Shown: positions 36,825 to 47,456, counted from the first letter of the stretch. The stretch is DNA of 64,000 nt from an uncultured Candidatus Binatia bacterium (GCA_965219905.1 CBDCOS010000002.1:284625-348624); one strand, 5' to 3'. Translations and numbers: made by a program. Notes: a model not told the origin generated them from the sequence alone.

Positions 36825-39746
36825 ATGAGCGGCTCCCGCACCGAACCGATGGCACGCATCGCACTGACCCTCAACGGCAAGCCGGCGGAAGCCGAGGTGC
36901 CGGCCCGCAAGACGCTGCTGGACGCCGTCCGGGAGGAGCTGGGGCAGACCGGGACCCACGCCGGATGTGAGCACGGCGTGTGCGGCTGCTGCAACATCCT
37001 GCTGGACGGAAAGGTGGTGCGGTCCTGCCTCCTGCTGGCGGTCCAGGCGGACGGCCGCGACGTCCGGACGGTGGAGGGCCTGGGCTCTCCCGAGCGGCTG
37101 GGGCCCCTCCAGCGGGCCTTTGCCGAAAAGCACGCCATGCAGTGCGGCTACTGCACCCCCGGCATGATCATGGCCGCCGCGGACCTGCTGGCCGCCAACC
37201 CGGACCCGGACGAGTCGGAGATCCGCACCGCCCTCTCGGGCAACCTCTGCCGCTGCACCGGCTACATGGAGATCGTCGACGCGGTCAAGGACGCGGCCGG
37301 GCGCATCGCCCGGGGCGAGGCCCCGGTGGACGAACCCCCTTCCCTCTCCGCCGACGACGCCGGCGGCCCGTACATCGGCCGGCGCATTCCACCGGTGGAG
37401 GACCGCCGCTTCGTGGCCGGCAAGGGGACCTACATCAACGACTTCACCCTGCCGGACCTGCTGCACATGGCCACGGTCCGGTCTCCTCACGCCCACGCCC
37501 GCATCCTGAGCATCGACACGAGCCGGGCCGAGGCCCATCCCGGAGTCGTGGCGGTGATCCTCGGAGCGATGCTGCCGGACGTCATCGACCCGGTGCCCCA
37601 GAACCTCGATATCCCCGACGTCGTCTGGTATCCGCTGGCGCTGGACAAGGCGCGCTACGCGGGCGAGTGGGTCGCGGCGGTGGTGGCGCAGGACCGCTAC
37701 GTCGCCGAGGACGCCGCCGAGCTGGTGGAGGTGGAGTACGAGATGCTCGGGCCGGTGGTGGACCCGGAGGAGGCGATCCGCCCGGACGCCCCGGTGCTCC
37801 ACGAGAAGCACGGCAGCAACATCGCCTACGAGCGGGTGCTGACCTACGGGCCGGTGGACGAGACCTTCGCCAGGGCCGGCCACGTGTTCGAGGAACGCTA
37901 CCGCTGGAACCGCCACTCCGGCGTGCCGCTGGAGACCTTCGGCGCGGTGGCCCGGTGGGACGCGGGACGGCAGGAGATGAGCCTCTGGGCCTCCCACCAG
38001 ACCCCCAACATCGAGGAGCAGCTCGCCAAGGTGCTGCGGCTGCCGTTGAACAAGCTCCGCGTCCACCAGCACCTCGACGTGGGCGGAAGCCACGGGGTCA
38101 AGCGCGGCCGCAAGCACATGTTCCTCACCGCGGCCGTGAGCCGCATGCTGGGCCGCCCGGTGAAGTTCATCGAGGACCGCCTGGAGAACATGAGCTCCGG
38201 CGACGGCCACGGTCCGGACCGGGTGTACTACCTGCGCGCCGCCTGCGACGGCGACGGCCGCATCCAGGCGCTGGACATCCGCTGCATCGACGACGCCGGC
38301 GCCTATGCCGGCCGCGGCGCCATGCAGCTCATCAAGCCCATCACCGCCATCGTCGGCCCCTACCGGATCCCGGCGGTGCGCTATCACGCCATCTCGGCGC
38401 TGACGTCCAAGACCAACCAGTCGCCCTACCGGGGCTTCGGGCAGGCGCCGGCGGGCTACGTGCTGGAGCGCATGGTGGACCTCGTCGCCAGGGAGCTCGG
38501 GATCGACCGGGCGGAGATCCGCGCGCGGAACTTCATCCAGCCCGACGAGTTCCCCTACACCATCCCCACCGGGGCCGAGTACGACAGCGGCGACTACCCC
38601 GCCTGCCTGGGGAAGGCGTTGGCCGTTTCCCGCTCGGACACGTGGGAGCAACGGCGCCAGGAAGCCCGGGAGCGCGGCAAGTGGCTCGGCTTCGGCCTCT
38701 CCACGGTCATCGAGCCCGGCGGCGGCACCGGCATGGTGTTCGCGGTCATGGGGCCGCAGATGGTGAACATGGACACCAACATGGAGGGCATCCGGGTCCA
38801 CGTGGACGTCACCGGCATGATCACCGTCACCATCGGCTTCCAGTCCTGCGGCCAGGGCCACGAGACCACCACCACGCAGCTTGCCTGCGATTTCTTCGGG
38901 GTGGCGCCGGACCGCGTGCGCATCGCCCGCGCCGACTCCATGGAGGGCATCGTCACCCGCGCCACCTCCGGCAACCGCCTGCACCTGATGCTGCCGCTGG
39001 CGCTGTTCAGCGCAGGCCGGAAGATCAAGGACAAGATGCAGGCCATTGCCGCCAACGCCCTGGAGGTCCCGGCCGAGCGCATCGAGCTCACCGCCGGCAT
39101 GTTCACCGACCGCGACGACCCTGGGAAGACCGTGAGCTGGGACGAGGTGTGCTTTTACGCCTACCGCCGCGACACGCTGCTCTCTCCCGGCATGGAGCCC
39201 GGGCTCATGGCGGGCGCCGTGGCCAAGCATCCCCGGGGATTCGTGCCGCCGACCCCGGACGGCAGGGTCGCCGGGGGGTTCGCCACCTACACGTTCTCGG
39301 TGCACGTGCCGGTGGTGGAGGTGGATCCCGAGACCCTGGAAATCAGGCTGGTGGACTATTACGTAGTCCACGACTGCGGCAAGGTCATCAATCCGCTGAT
39401 GGTGGAGAGCTTCTGCTACGGCGGCGTGAACCTGGGCATCGGCGGGGCGCTCTACGAGCAGTTCAAGTACGACGAGGACGGCCAGCTCCTGAGCCAGACC
39501 TTCATGGACTACCTCCTGCCCTCCACCATGGAGGTGCCGGAGATCGTGCTGGAGGAGCACGAAACCCCGGCCCCCGGCAACCCGGTGGGCGCCAAGGCTG
39601 CCGGCGAAAGCGGCTACATGCCCGCGCCCCCCGCCATCGTGAGCGCGGTGGAAGACGCGCTCCGGCACACCAACGTCCGCATCACCGATACGCCGGTCAC
39701 GCCCGACATCCTGTTCGGGCTGGTGGCCGGGCGCGGAGGCGAATGA
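36825..39746 (+). CDS. xanthine dehydrogenase family molybdo-enzyme with fused [2Fe-2S] small-subunit (CoxS-like) and molybdopterin large-subunit (CoxL-like) domains
   Basis: N-terminal CEHGVCGCC...CGYCTPG...CRCTGY double 2Fe-2S motifs (~160 aa), then ~800-aa Moco-binding domain; GGAAGG RBS. Confidence 0.8.
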   Translation: MSGSRTEPMARIALTLNGKPAEAEVPARKTLLDAVREELGQTGTHAGCEHGVCGCCNILLDGKVVRSCLLLAVQADGRDVRTVEGLGSPERLGPLQRAFAEKHAMQCGYCTPGMIMAAADLLAANPDPDESEIRTALSGNLCRCTGYMEIVDAVKDAAGRIARGEAPVDEPPSLSADDAGGPYIGRRIPPVEDRRFVAGKGTYINDFTLPDLLHMATVRSPHAHARILSIDTSRAEAHPGVVAVILGAMLPDVIDPVPQNLDIPDVVWYPLALDKARYAGEWVAAVVAQDRYVAEDAAELVEVEYEMLGPVVDPEEAIRPDAPVLHEKHGSNIAYERVLTYGPVDETFARAGHVFEERYRWNRHSGVPLETFGAVARWDAGRQEMSLWASHQTPNIEEQLAKVLRLPLNKLRVHQHLDVGGSHGVKRGRKHMFLTAAVSRMLGRPVKFIEDRLENMSSGDGHGPDRVYYLRAACDGDGRIQALDIRCIDDAGAYAGRGAMQLIKPITAIVGPYRIPAVRYHAISALTSKTNQSPYRGFGQAPAGYVLERMVDLVARELGIDRAEIRARNFIQPDEFPYTIPTGAEYDSGDYPACLGKALAVSRSDTWEQRRQEARERGKWLGFGLSTVIEPGGGTGMVFAVMGPQMVNMDTNMEGIRVHVDVTGMITVTIGFQSCGQGHETTTTQLACDFFGVAPDRVRIARADSMEGIVTRATSGNRLHLMLPLALFSAGRKIKDKMQAIAANALEVPAERIELTAGMFTDRDDPGKTVSWDEVCFYAYRRDTLLSPGMEPGLMAGAVAKHPRGFVPPTPDGRVAGGFATYTFSVHVPVVEVDPETLEIRLVDYYVVHDCGKVINPLMVESFCYGGVNLGIGGALYEQFKYDEDGQLLSQTFMDYLLPSTMEVPEIVLEEHETPAPGNPVGAKAAGESGYMPAPPAIVSAVEDALRHTNVRITDTPVTPDILFGLVAGRGGE

Positions 39747-39753
39747 GGTCCGG

Positions 39754-40627
39754 ATGAAACCGCCGATCTTCGACTACGTCACCGCGGAGAGCCGGGAACA
39801 TGCGCTGGACTTGCTGCGCGAGCACGGCGACGACGCCAAGGTGCTGGCCGGGGGCCAGAGCCTGGTGCCGTTGATGAGCTTCCGGCTGGCCAAGCCGGCG
39901 CTGCTGCTGGACATCAACCGCCTGGAAGGGCTTGGCGCCATCGAGGAGTCTGATGGCCGCGTGCGGATCGGCGCGCTGACGCGGCAGTGCGAGCTGCTGA
40001 CAAATCCCCTGATCGCGGAGCACTGTCCGCTGGTGCGCGCGGCCACGGAGTTCATCGGCCATCCCCGCCATCCGAAACCGCGGCACCGTGGGCGGCAGCG
40101 TGGCCCACGCCGATCCCGCCGCGGAACTGCCGGTCCTGCTTCAGGCACTCGACGCGGAGATCGAGGTGTGCTCCGCCGGGTCCCAAAGGACCATCCCCGC
40201 GGCCGATTTCTTCATGGGCCTGCTCATGACCGCCATGAGGCCCGATGAGCTGCTCACCGGCATCAGCTTCTCGCTGCCCGGGAAGGGCTCGGGCTGGGGC
40301 TTCCACGAGGTGGCGCGCCGCCACGGCGATTTCGCGCTGGTGGCGGCGGCGGCGCTGGTCACGCTGGACGATCGGGGCGCGGCAGCCGACGTCGCTGTTG
40401 CCCTGGGTGGCATCGGCGACCGTCCGCTGCGGGTGAGCGCCGCCGAGGACGCGCTCAAGGGCAACCCGCCGACGCCGGAAGCCATCGAAGCCGCGTCGCA
40501 CCTGGTCGACGGCTCGGTCACTCCCGTGGGCGACATCCACGCCAGCGAAGCCTACCGCGCCCATCTGGGACGGGTCCTGACGAAGCGCGCCCTGCGCGAT
40601 GCCGTGGAGCGGGCCCAAGCCACATGA
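39754..40627 (+). pseudogene. FAD-binding medium subunit (CoxM/XdhB-like) interrupted by a +1 frameshift in a C4 run
   Basis: N-part ...LAGGQSLVPLM...FIGHP then body continues in another frame (40088.. MGGSVAHADPAAELP...); extra C at ~40064-40067. Confidence 0.65.
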
Positions 40628-40686
40628 ACACCACGAAACAGCCGACCGACGCTGGCCGCGGTTGTGAAACCACCTGAGACTTTGAA

Positions 40687-40790
40687 CCGTCATTCCCACG
40701 AAAGCGGGAATCCAGGGGTCCTGGAGGGGTCCCTACGCCACGTTTCCCCACCCCACCCCGCCTGGATTCCCGCTTTCGCGGGAATGACGG
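40687..40790. repeat. composite REP element: two inverted hairpin units separated by a ~45-bp spacer
   Basis: ccgtcattcccacgaaagcgggaatccagggg ... cctggattcccgctttcgcgggaatgacgg; same architecture as 17998-18100. Confidence 0.7.
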
Positions 40791-40927
40791 TTTCGGGAGG
40801 CGCTACCTCGCTCGGATGGGGTTTTGACACATCCTGTTCCGCGGAAACGACGGAGGGGAAGCAGGGAAGACGTTCGGGGCGTCCTTGCCTCTCCTGGATC
40901 GTGTTTGCTCCCCTGGCCGATCCCGGA

Positions 40928-41809
40928 TCAAGTCCTGGATGACGGTCCGGGGGTTCCGGGTAACGCCCTGTAGAGTCTCAACGGAAGGTACCGCAACGCG
41001 AGGCCGCCGAGGATCATCCCGCCGCCGATGTAGGTGGCCAGGGACGGCACCTCCCCCACCCATAGCGCCACCCACAACGGATTGAGCACCGGCTCCACCA
41101 GGGAGATCAGCGATGCTTCCTGCACCGATATGTGCTCGATGCTCCTGAAGAAGAAGAAGTGGGCGAAGGCGAACTGGACAACCCCCAGACACGCCAGCGC
41201 CGCAAGCTCGGTCAGGGACACCGAAAGAGCACCGTAGGCGAATCCGAGCAGGGCGAGGGTCGAGATGAAGTTGTTGCTCAGCATCAGTGCGATCGGGTCG
41301 AATCCCCTGAGGAAGCGGAGGTTGACGAAATAGACCCCCAACATGAAGCCGCTGCCGAGTCCCACGGTAACGCCCGGCAGGTCCTGAGCGCCCGCGGCGC
41401 CGCCGAATATGACCACGATTCCGGCCGTGCCGAAGAGCAGCGTCACCAGGTCCGGGCGCGTGGCGCGCTCCCGCAACAGCAGGAACACCAGCACGCACAC
41501 GAACACCGGCGCGGTGTTCTGCAGTACGATGGCGTTGGCGGCGGTGGTGAGCTTGGTGGCCCACACCAGCGAGCCCGTGGCCGCGGTGAACGCCAGACCG
41601 CAGAGCAAGAGACGCGGTTGCGGGCGCCATCGCCGGGTCCCCGCAAACGGGAGGAAGAAGAGCATGGCGAACAGGCTCCGGTAGAAGGCGATGACCGCGG
41701 CGGGAAGCGCCAGCGACTTGATGAAGACGCCGGCCAGGCTCCAGCAGAATGCGGCGAGCAGCGCGAAGAGTCTGCACCGATTGATCGAGGCGCGGGACGC
41801 GTGTTCCAT
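40928..41809 (-). CDS. EamA/DMT-superfamily transporter
   Basis: 293 aa, 10 TM segments, two EamA repeats. Confidence 0.6.
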   Translation of the reverse strand: MEHASRASINRCRLFALLAAFCWSLAGVFIKSLALPAAVIAFYRSLFAMLFFLPFAGTRRWRPQPRLLLCGLAFTAATGSLVWATKLTTAANAIVLQNTAPVFVCVLVFLLLRERATRPDLVTLLFGTAGIVVIFGGAAGAQDLPGVTVGLGSGFMLGVYFVNLRFLRGFDPIALMLSNNFISTLALLGFAYGALSVSLTELAALACLGVVQFAFAHFFFFRSIEHISVQEASLISLVEPVLNPLWVALWVGEVPSLATYIGGGMILGGLALRYLPLRLYRALPGTPGPSSRT

Positions 41810-41842
41810 CGCGGAGATCTCGGGAGACTTGGGCGGCCGGCT

Positions 41843-42709
41843 CTACGCGCCCTTCTTGCGGAACCCGGACTCGGCGAGACCCGGCAGCAGGACGTCGTCA
41901 CGCTGTGCCATCGGCACGGTGGCGTCGATCCCCACCTTCACCACCTGTTCGCTCGAGGGATCCCGGGAGGCGTCGATGCGGGAACCGAGGCCCTGATCCA
42001 GGGTAATCTGCTCCGGCCGTCCCACCCGGGTCGCCTGGGCCCATTCCACCTGCGCCGGATCGCGGATGTCGATGTCGTCGTCCACCACCACCACACGCTT
42101 GAGGTATCCGTAGGCGCCGAACAGCCCCTCGATGAGGCGGCGCGGCATGCCGTCGTCCAGCTTGCGCAGCGACGCTACCGCGTGAAAATTACGCCCGGCA
42201 GACGGAAAGTGGACGTCGTAGGCGGCGCCCAGGTCGAGGCCCGGGACCTTTGCCCGCCCCGCGGCCTGGTAGTCGTGCCAGAAGTCGTTGTTGCGGGACT
42301 TGAAGTGCTCCCGGGAATTGAACCCCAGCACGGTGTGGTAAATGGGGTCGCGCCGCGTGGTGATGGCGGTGACCTCCACCACGGGCTGCTGGCCCGCCGG
42401 GGTCACCTGTCCGGTAATGTCCGCGAAAGGACCTTCGAACCGCGTCCGGTCCGGGCCGACCCGGCCTTCGATGACGATCTCGGCATCGGCCGGAACCTCC
42501 AGGTCTACGGTGAGGGCCTGCACCACCTCCAGGGGCTGCCCCAGCAGGCCTCCCGCCACCCCCAGCTCGTCGGCCCGCGGACCCACCGGCCAGAAGGCCG
42601 CGACGAACAGCGCCGGATCCACGCCGATGGAGATGGCCACGTCGACGCTACGTCCCGCCGCCAGCGCCTCGCCCAGGACCCCGTGGCCGTCGTGGAATCG
42701 GTTGGTCAT
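41843..42709 (-). CDS. UbiD-family decarboxylase, C-terminal two-thirds (begins at conserved internal Met)
   Basis: MTNRFHDGHGVL aligns to E. coli UbiD MRWLSHRGGAL; ...SIGVDPAL...EGPFADITG... follow; ATGA overlap with upstream ORF. Confidence 0.65.
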   Translation of the reverse strand: MTNRFHDGHGVLGEALAAGRSVDVAISIGVDPALFVAAFWPVGPRADELGVAGGLLGQPLEVVQALTVDLEVPADAEIVIEGRVGPDRTRFEGPFADITGQVTPAGQQPVVEVTAITTRRDPIYHTVLGFNSREHFKSRNNDFWHDYQAAGRAKVPGLDLGAAYDVHFPSAGRNFHAVASLRKLDDGMPRRLIEGLFGAYGYLKRVVVVDDDIDIRDPAQVEWAQATRVGRPEQITLDQGLGSRIDASRDPSSEQVVKVGIDATVPMAQRDDVLLPGLAESGFRKKGA

Positions 42710-43215
42710 GAGGGTAAGCTCATGTGACCCATGAACCTGAATCCGGTAAACACCTGCATTCCTTCGTTTCCGTCATGGAGTATCACAACCCCCGAAGTGA
42801 TGTACGCACCGGCGTCTCCGGGAAAGTGAGTGGGTATCGGAAGCTGTTCCAGTCCCGCTTCGGGAGCGAACCGGACTTCCTGGCATCCTCCATCGACGCC
42901 GCGTCGGGGAGCGAGCGGGCGGGCGATGGCCTCTTCCAGACGCTGAGCGAACTCCGCCATGCTGCTCATGCGGAGGCCGAGCAGGTGGCGTCCGGTGCTG
43001 CCGTACAGACCCGCGGCCACCGGGATGTCGTGTCCCCGGATCGCCCGGAACAGGAACGCCTTGTTGTCCGTGCGCTCGCTGGCGTCGACGTGAGCGGCGA
43101 GTTCATGTACCAGCGAGACCGGCTGCTTGAACTCAACCAGCTCGCCCTGTTCCCGCAGCCGGCTCAGAAACCAGCGGAAGCCCACATCCGGCATGACTCC
43201 TCCGTGGCTTCTCAA
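42706..43215 (-). CDS. UbiD-family decarboxylase, N-terminal third (ends 1 nt into the next ORF)
   Basis: ...FLSRLREQGELVEFKQPVSLVHELAAHVD...FTGFRFMGHMSLPS*; separated from the C-part only by a TGA embedded in ATGA. Confidence 0.6.
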   Translation of the reverse strand: MRSHGGVMPDVGFRWFLSRLREQGELVEFKQPVSLVHELAAHVDASERTDNKAFLFRAIRGHDIPVAAGLYGSTGRHLLGLRMSSMAEFAQRLEEAIARPLAPRRGVDGGCQEVRFAPEAGLEQLPIPTHFPGDAGAYITSGVVILHDGNEGMQVFTGFRFMGHMSLPS

Positions 43216-43294
43216 CTATCACAAGGATGTTTGAGCCGATAGCCATGGCCCTTGACGCTTCCAATACCACCCCCTTCCGCCGCATAATGCGGCG

Positions 43295-44713
43295 ATGGAA
43301 GAGCTTGCCTTTACCCCCGTTCACGAGCTGGCGCGCCTGACAAGGACGCGGCAGGTTTCCCCGCGCGAGCTCGTCACGCTGTTCCTCGAACGCATCGCCC
43401 GGCTCGATCCCGGCCTGAACGCCTACCTTACGGTGAACGAGGAAGAAGCGAAGCGTGCCGCCGCCGAAGCCGAGACGGCGGCCATGCGAAGCGACCATTT
43501 GCCGGCGCTCTTCGGAATACCGGTGGCCGTGAAGGATCTGGAGTTTACCCGGGGGCTTCGGAGCACGGGCGGGTCCCTAGCCTACCGGGAATACGTGCCC
43601 TCCGAAGACTCCATCGTGGTGGAGCGGCTTCGGAACGCCGGGGCCATTGTACTGGGGAAGACGAACACGCCCGAGTTCGGCTCGTACGGCCAGACCTGGA
43701 ACCGGCTGGGCGAAGACTGCCGCACCCCCTGGGACACGGCCCGGACCTCGGGGGGCTCCAGCGGCGGCAGCGCGGCCGCGGTGGCCGCGGGCCTGGCGCC
43801 GGCGGCCACCGGCACCGACGGCGCCGGCTCCATCAGGGCGCCGGCCGCCTTCTGCGGCGTGTACGGCTTCAAGCCCAGCTTCGGACGCATCCCCATGCAC
43901 GGCGGCTTCCTGGGGCTGCCGCTCCACACCTGCCCCGGACCGTTGACTCGCTCGGTGCAGGACGCCGCCCTCATACTCTCGGTCCTGTGCGGCCACGACC
44001 CTCGGGACCCCAACTCCGCGCGACAGCCGCCGCCGGATTTCCTCGGGGCGCTGAACCGCCCGGCCGGGGACCTGCGGATCGCGTGGAGCCCGAACCTCGG
44101 GTTCGCCCACGTCGATGCCGAAGCCCGCGGCCTGGCGGAGGTAACGGCGAAGTCCCTGGAAAGCCTGGGCTGCCGGCTGGGAGCCGAAGACCCGCCTGTC
44201 GACGTCGACCTCTTCGAGGTGGCGGACCCGGTCCGGAACGCCGACAAGTACGCCGCCTGGGGACACCTCCTGAGAGACCGTCCCGACGACCTGACTCCCT
44301 ACGTCCGGTCGGTGCTGGAACGCGGAAGCCGTGTGACCGGCGAGGAATATTCCAATTCGCTCCGGGAACTGGAGCGCCTCGACAGCCGGATGGCGGACTT
44401 CTTCGAGCGGTACGATGTTCTGGTGACGCCGACGACCCCGGTCCCGGCCTATCCGGTAAGGCAACCTCCGCCGGCCATCAACGGTTTCGAGGTGCCCCAC
44501 TACGCCAGCACGACGCTGCTGACGATCCTGTGGAACCTCACCGGCCAGCCGGCCGCTTCCCTGCCCTGCGGTTTCACGGGAACCGGGCTGCCCGTAGGGT
44601 TGCAGATCATCGGCCGCGGCGGCGACGAAGCGGCGGTGCTGCGGGTCTCCCGGGCGCTTGAGCAGGCGAAGCCCTGGCCCGCCGGGGTCCGGCTGCAGGG
44701 CGTCGAACCCTGA
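43295..44713 (+). CDS. amidase-signature family amidase (GatA-like)
   Basis: GGSSGGSAAAVAAG signature, catalytic K in VAVKD, S in GTDGAGSIR; 472 aa. Confidence 0.85.
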   Translation: MEELAFTPVHELARLTRTRQVSPRELVTLFLERIARLDPGLNAYLTVNEEEAKRAAAEAETAAMRSDHLPALFGIPVAVKDLEFTRGLRSTGGSLAYREYVPSEDSIVVERLRNAGAIVLGKTNTPEFGSYGQTWNRLGEDCRTPWDTARTSGGSSGGSAAAVAAGLAPAATGTDGAGSIRAPAAFCGVYGFKPSFGRIPMHGGFLGLPLHTCPGPLTRSVQDAALILSVLCGHDPRDPNSARQPPPDFLGALNRPAGDLRIAWSPNLGFAHVDAEARGLAEVTAKSLESLGCRLGAEDPPVDVDLFEVADPVRNADKYAAWGHLLRDRPDDLTPYVRSVLERGSRVTGEEYSNSLRELERLDSRMADFFERYDVLVTPTTPVPAYPVRQPPPAINGFEVPHYASTTLLTILWNLTGQPAASLPCGFTGTGLPVGLQIIGRGGDEAAVLRVSRALEQAKPWPAGVRLQGVEP

Positions 44714-44715
44714 AC

Positions 44716-44753
44716 GCGAAGGCCGGAGAAATGCAGGCATTTCCCCGGCCTTC
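44716..44753. terminator. inverted repeat (aaggccggagaaatgc/gcatttccccggcctt) between convergent amidase and SBP genes
   Basis: ~16-bp imperfect stem starting 3 nt after the amidase stop; no T-tract. Confidence 0.3.
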
Positions 44754-44823
44754 CAACCGACCGCCGCGCCGGATCGAACCTCCGAAGCCTCGGAGTCCTC
44801 CCGGCGCGGAATCTTGGTGAAAT

Positions 44824-45828
44824 TTACGGCACGAACAGACCGTCGATATGGGCCTCAGCCTCCTTGGGGAAGATCCCCAGGGCGATGCCGTCCTTCAGGT
44901 ACTGTTTCTGATTCGCCAGGTTCTTCGGGTTGGGCCACTTGAAGTCAGCCGGAAGCAGGAAAGGCCGGACCCGCTTGTAGCCGAGGTCGACGACGTCCTT
45001 ACCCTCCAGCCCGAAGATCTTCTTGGCATATTTCCGGAAATGCTCTGGGTCGTTCTGGACGCCGGCGATCATTTCCTGCCACGCGGCGCGGATCTTCCCG
45101 ACGATTCCGGGGTTCTGTTTCGCCCAGGTCTCCTGCGCTCCCACCCAGCCGAACATGTGGATGTCCTTGTTCAGGACCTTGGTGATCACGTCTCCCAGCT
45201 TCGCGATGGAGCGGTATTTTCCCGTGGCCATCATCCGGGTCACGTGCGCTTCCCAGTGGAGCGCGGCTTCCACCTCGCCCTTCTCCATCACCGCGATGAT
45301 GCCGGCGGCGCCCAGCTTCTTCAACTGGAAATCCTTCTCGATGGAGACGCCCTGCTTCCTCATCATGAAGTCGAACAGGTTGTAGGCCGAGGTGACTTCC
45401 CGCGGCACGGCGATGGACTTCCCCTTGAGGTCCGCGATGGTCTTGTAGGGGGACTCCTTGCGGACCAGGATGTAGTTGTGCATCGTCCTCATGTAGGGCT
45501 GCACCAGCTTGAGAGGGATGCCCTTCATGTTGGCGCGCAAGGCGGACTCCACGGTGGCCAGGCCCACCGGGATGGCGCCGATGGCGATGAGGCGCTCGAC
45601 GTTGGCCACTCCGCCCCAGCGCGGCTTGGCGACGAAGCCGTGCTTGCGGTCGAGCTTCTTGTCGATCATGTACTGGCCGCCCAGGCCGAAGACCCCTCCG
45701 GAGGGCAGGCCGAACTCCACCACGGGAGGGTCGGCGCTCAGAGCCGGTGTGGACAGGCCCGGAACCAACAGGAACAGCCCCGCGACCAGGACCAGCAGAC
45801 GAAACCGTTTGATTCTCTCGATCATCAT
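44824..45828 (-). CDS. ABC transporter substrate-binding protein, NMT1/THI5-like (SsuA/TauA/nitrate family)
   Basis: Signal peptide then NMT1-like periplasmic domain; 334 aa. Confidence 0.7.
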   Translation of the reverse strand: MMIERIKRFRLLVLVAGLFLLVPGLSTPALSADPPVVEFGLPSGGVFGLGGQYMIDKKLDRKHGFVAKPRWGGVANVERLIAIGAIPVGLATVESALRANMKGIPLKLVQPYMRTMHNYILVRKESPYKTIADLKGKSIAVPREVTSAYNLFDFMMRKQGVSIEKDFQLKKLGAAGIIAVMEKGEVEAALHWEAHVTRMMATGKYRSIAKLGDVITKVLNKDIHMFGWVGAQETWAKQNPGIVGKIRAAWQEMIAGVQNDPEHFRKYAKKIFGLEGKDVVDLGYKRVRPFLLPADFKWPNPKNLANQKQYLKDGIALGIFPKEAEAHIDGLFVP

Positions 45829-46598
45829 GCTTCCTCCTTCACCAGGTTGAGTATGGTTTCCAGCACTTCCTTCTTGAACTCGATGAACCGCATGTCGTCG
45901 GTATCGCGCTCCGATGACTTCAGGGGATTCTCATACACCGCCGCGATGCGCGCCGGCCGGGCCGAGAAGATCACGATCCGGTCCCCCATGTAGGCCGATT
46001 CCTCCACGTCGTGGGTGACCAGCAGGGCGGTCTGCTTGAGCCGGGAACAGATCTGCAGCGTGTCCTCCCGCAACTGCCGCGCCGTGAGCTGGTCGAGCTT
46101 GCTGTAGGGCTCGTCCATCAGCAGCACCTGCGGCTCGATCACGAGCCCGCGCGCCAACCCCACCCGCTGCCGCATGCCGCCGGACAGGTAAAGGGGGTAC
46201 TGCTTGCGGAAGTCCGTGAGGCCCACCAGCGACAGGTACTTGTCCAGTCGCTCGTCCCACTCGTCGGACGGCACCTCCATCCCCCTGAGGGCGAACTTCA
46301 GGTTGTCCTCCACCCGCTTCCAGTTGAGCAGCCTCGGGTCCTGGAACACGTAGCCCAACTGCGGGTGCGCCCGCTCCCCGTCCTCGCTCGCCGAAATGAT
46401 CTCCACCCGCCCGTGGTCAAGGCGCTCCAGTCCGGTGATGATGTTCAGCAGAGTGGACTTGCCGCAGCCCGACGGCCCCAGCAACGCGGTGATGCCGTAT
46501 TCCTTGGTGTCGAAGGAGATGCCGTCCAATACCTTGAGTGGCGAGCCGTCCTCGCGGGAAAAGAACTTGACCGCGTCGTCGATACGTACGTAAGCCAC
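45825..46598 (-). CDS. ABC transporter ATP-binding protein (SsuB/TauB/NrtD-type)
   Basis: [35 protein letters not shown]; 4-nt overlap with SBP gene. Confidence 0.85.
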   Translation of the reverse strand: MAYVRIDDAVKFFSREDGSPLKVLDGISFDTKEYGITALLGPSGCGKSTLLNIITGLERLDHGRVEIISASEDGERAHPQLGYVFQDPRLLNWKRVEDNLKFALRGMEVPSDEWDERLDKYLSLVGLTDFRKQYPLYLSGGMRQRVGLARGLVIEPQVLLMDEPYSKLDQLTARQLREDTLQICSRLKQTALLVTHDVEESAYMGDRIVIFSARPARIAAVYENPLKSSERDTDDMRFIEFKKEVLETILNLVKEEA

Positions 46599-47456
46599 CT
46601 ACCGCCTCCAGGCCTCGACCCGCGGCCGCCATCGGGTGACGCTGCGCTCCAGGACGCCGACCACGCCGAACTCCAAAAAGATCATCACGATCAGGAACGT
46701 GATGGCCCAGGCCAGCACCCCCTTCACCGAGAACAGGTCAAACTGGTGCATGACCTGGTAGCCGACGCCGTTGCTGAAGCCGAACCCTTCCACCAGCACG
46801 ATCACCTTCCACGCCAGCCCCAGGCCGTACCGTATGGCGGCCAGGATATGCGACACCAACTGCGGCAGGATCACGTCCACCAGCTTGGAGATGACGCTGG
46901 CGTGGAACGCCGTGCTCATGTCGATGAGGTCCTTGTCGATGGACTTGGTCCCCTGCCAGATGCTGATGGTGAGCATGGGCGAGATGGTCACGGCCACCGC
47001 GAGGTAGGCGCTGATTTCCTTGATGCCGAAGACCATGATCATCAGCAGTGCCCAGATGAGGCCCGGCATGGTGAGACCCAGGATCACCGGAGGCTCGAAG
47101 AAGCTCTCCTGGTTCCTGAAGCTCCCCATGATGATCCCCAGGGGAGTGCTCACCACCATGGCGAGGCCGAAGCCGACAAACACACGCCAAAGCGTGTTGC
47201 CCATGTGGTGATACAATTCCCCCGACTTGATGATGACGCCGACTTCCATGAACGTTTCCCATGGCCTCGGCACCAAGGCGGCGTTGGCGTAGAAAAGGCT
47301 CATCACCCACCACACGAAAACGAGCGCGAAGATGGAGCCCACGCGGAGAGCGACGTCCCAGCCGGCCTCGGTAAAGACGGACGCGGTCTTCCGCGGCCCT
47401 CTGAGCGGTTCCGCGTCGGGTGTTCCGACGAGCGTCAGCTCCTCCTGTTTCGCCAT
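46599..47456 (-). CDS. ABC transporter permease (SsuC/TauC-type)
   Basis: 6 TM segments, EAA-like loop; abuts the ATPase gene. Confidence 0.8.
   Translation of the reverse strand: MAKQEELTLVGTPDAEPLRGPRKTASVFTEAGWDVALRVGSIFALVFVWWVMSLFYANAALVPRPWETFMEVGVIIKSGELYHHMGNTLWRVFVGFGLAMVVSTPLGIIMGSFRNQESFFEPPVILGLTMPGLIWALLMIMVFGIKEISAYLAVAVTISPMLTISIWQGTKSIDKDLIDMSTAFHASVISKLVDVILPQLVSHILAAIRYGLGLAWKVIVLVEGFGFSNGVGYQVMHQFDLFSVKGVLAWAITFLIVMIFLEFGVVGVLERSVTRWRPRVEAWRR

Noticed and set aside
36723-39757. 981-aa minus-strand and 925-aa plus-strand alternative-frame ORFs over the CoxS-CoxL gene
   Set aside because: Shadow frames. The 36825..39746 frame carries the FeS and Moco motifs.
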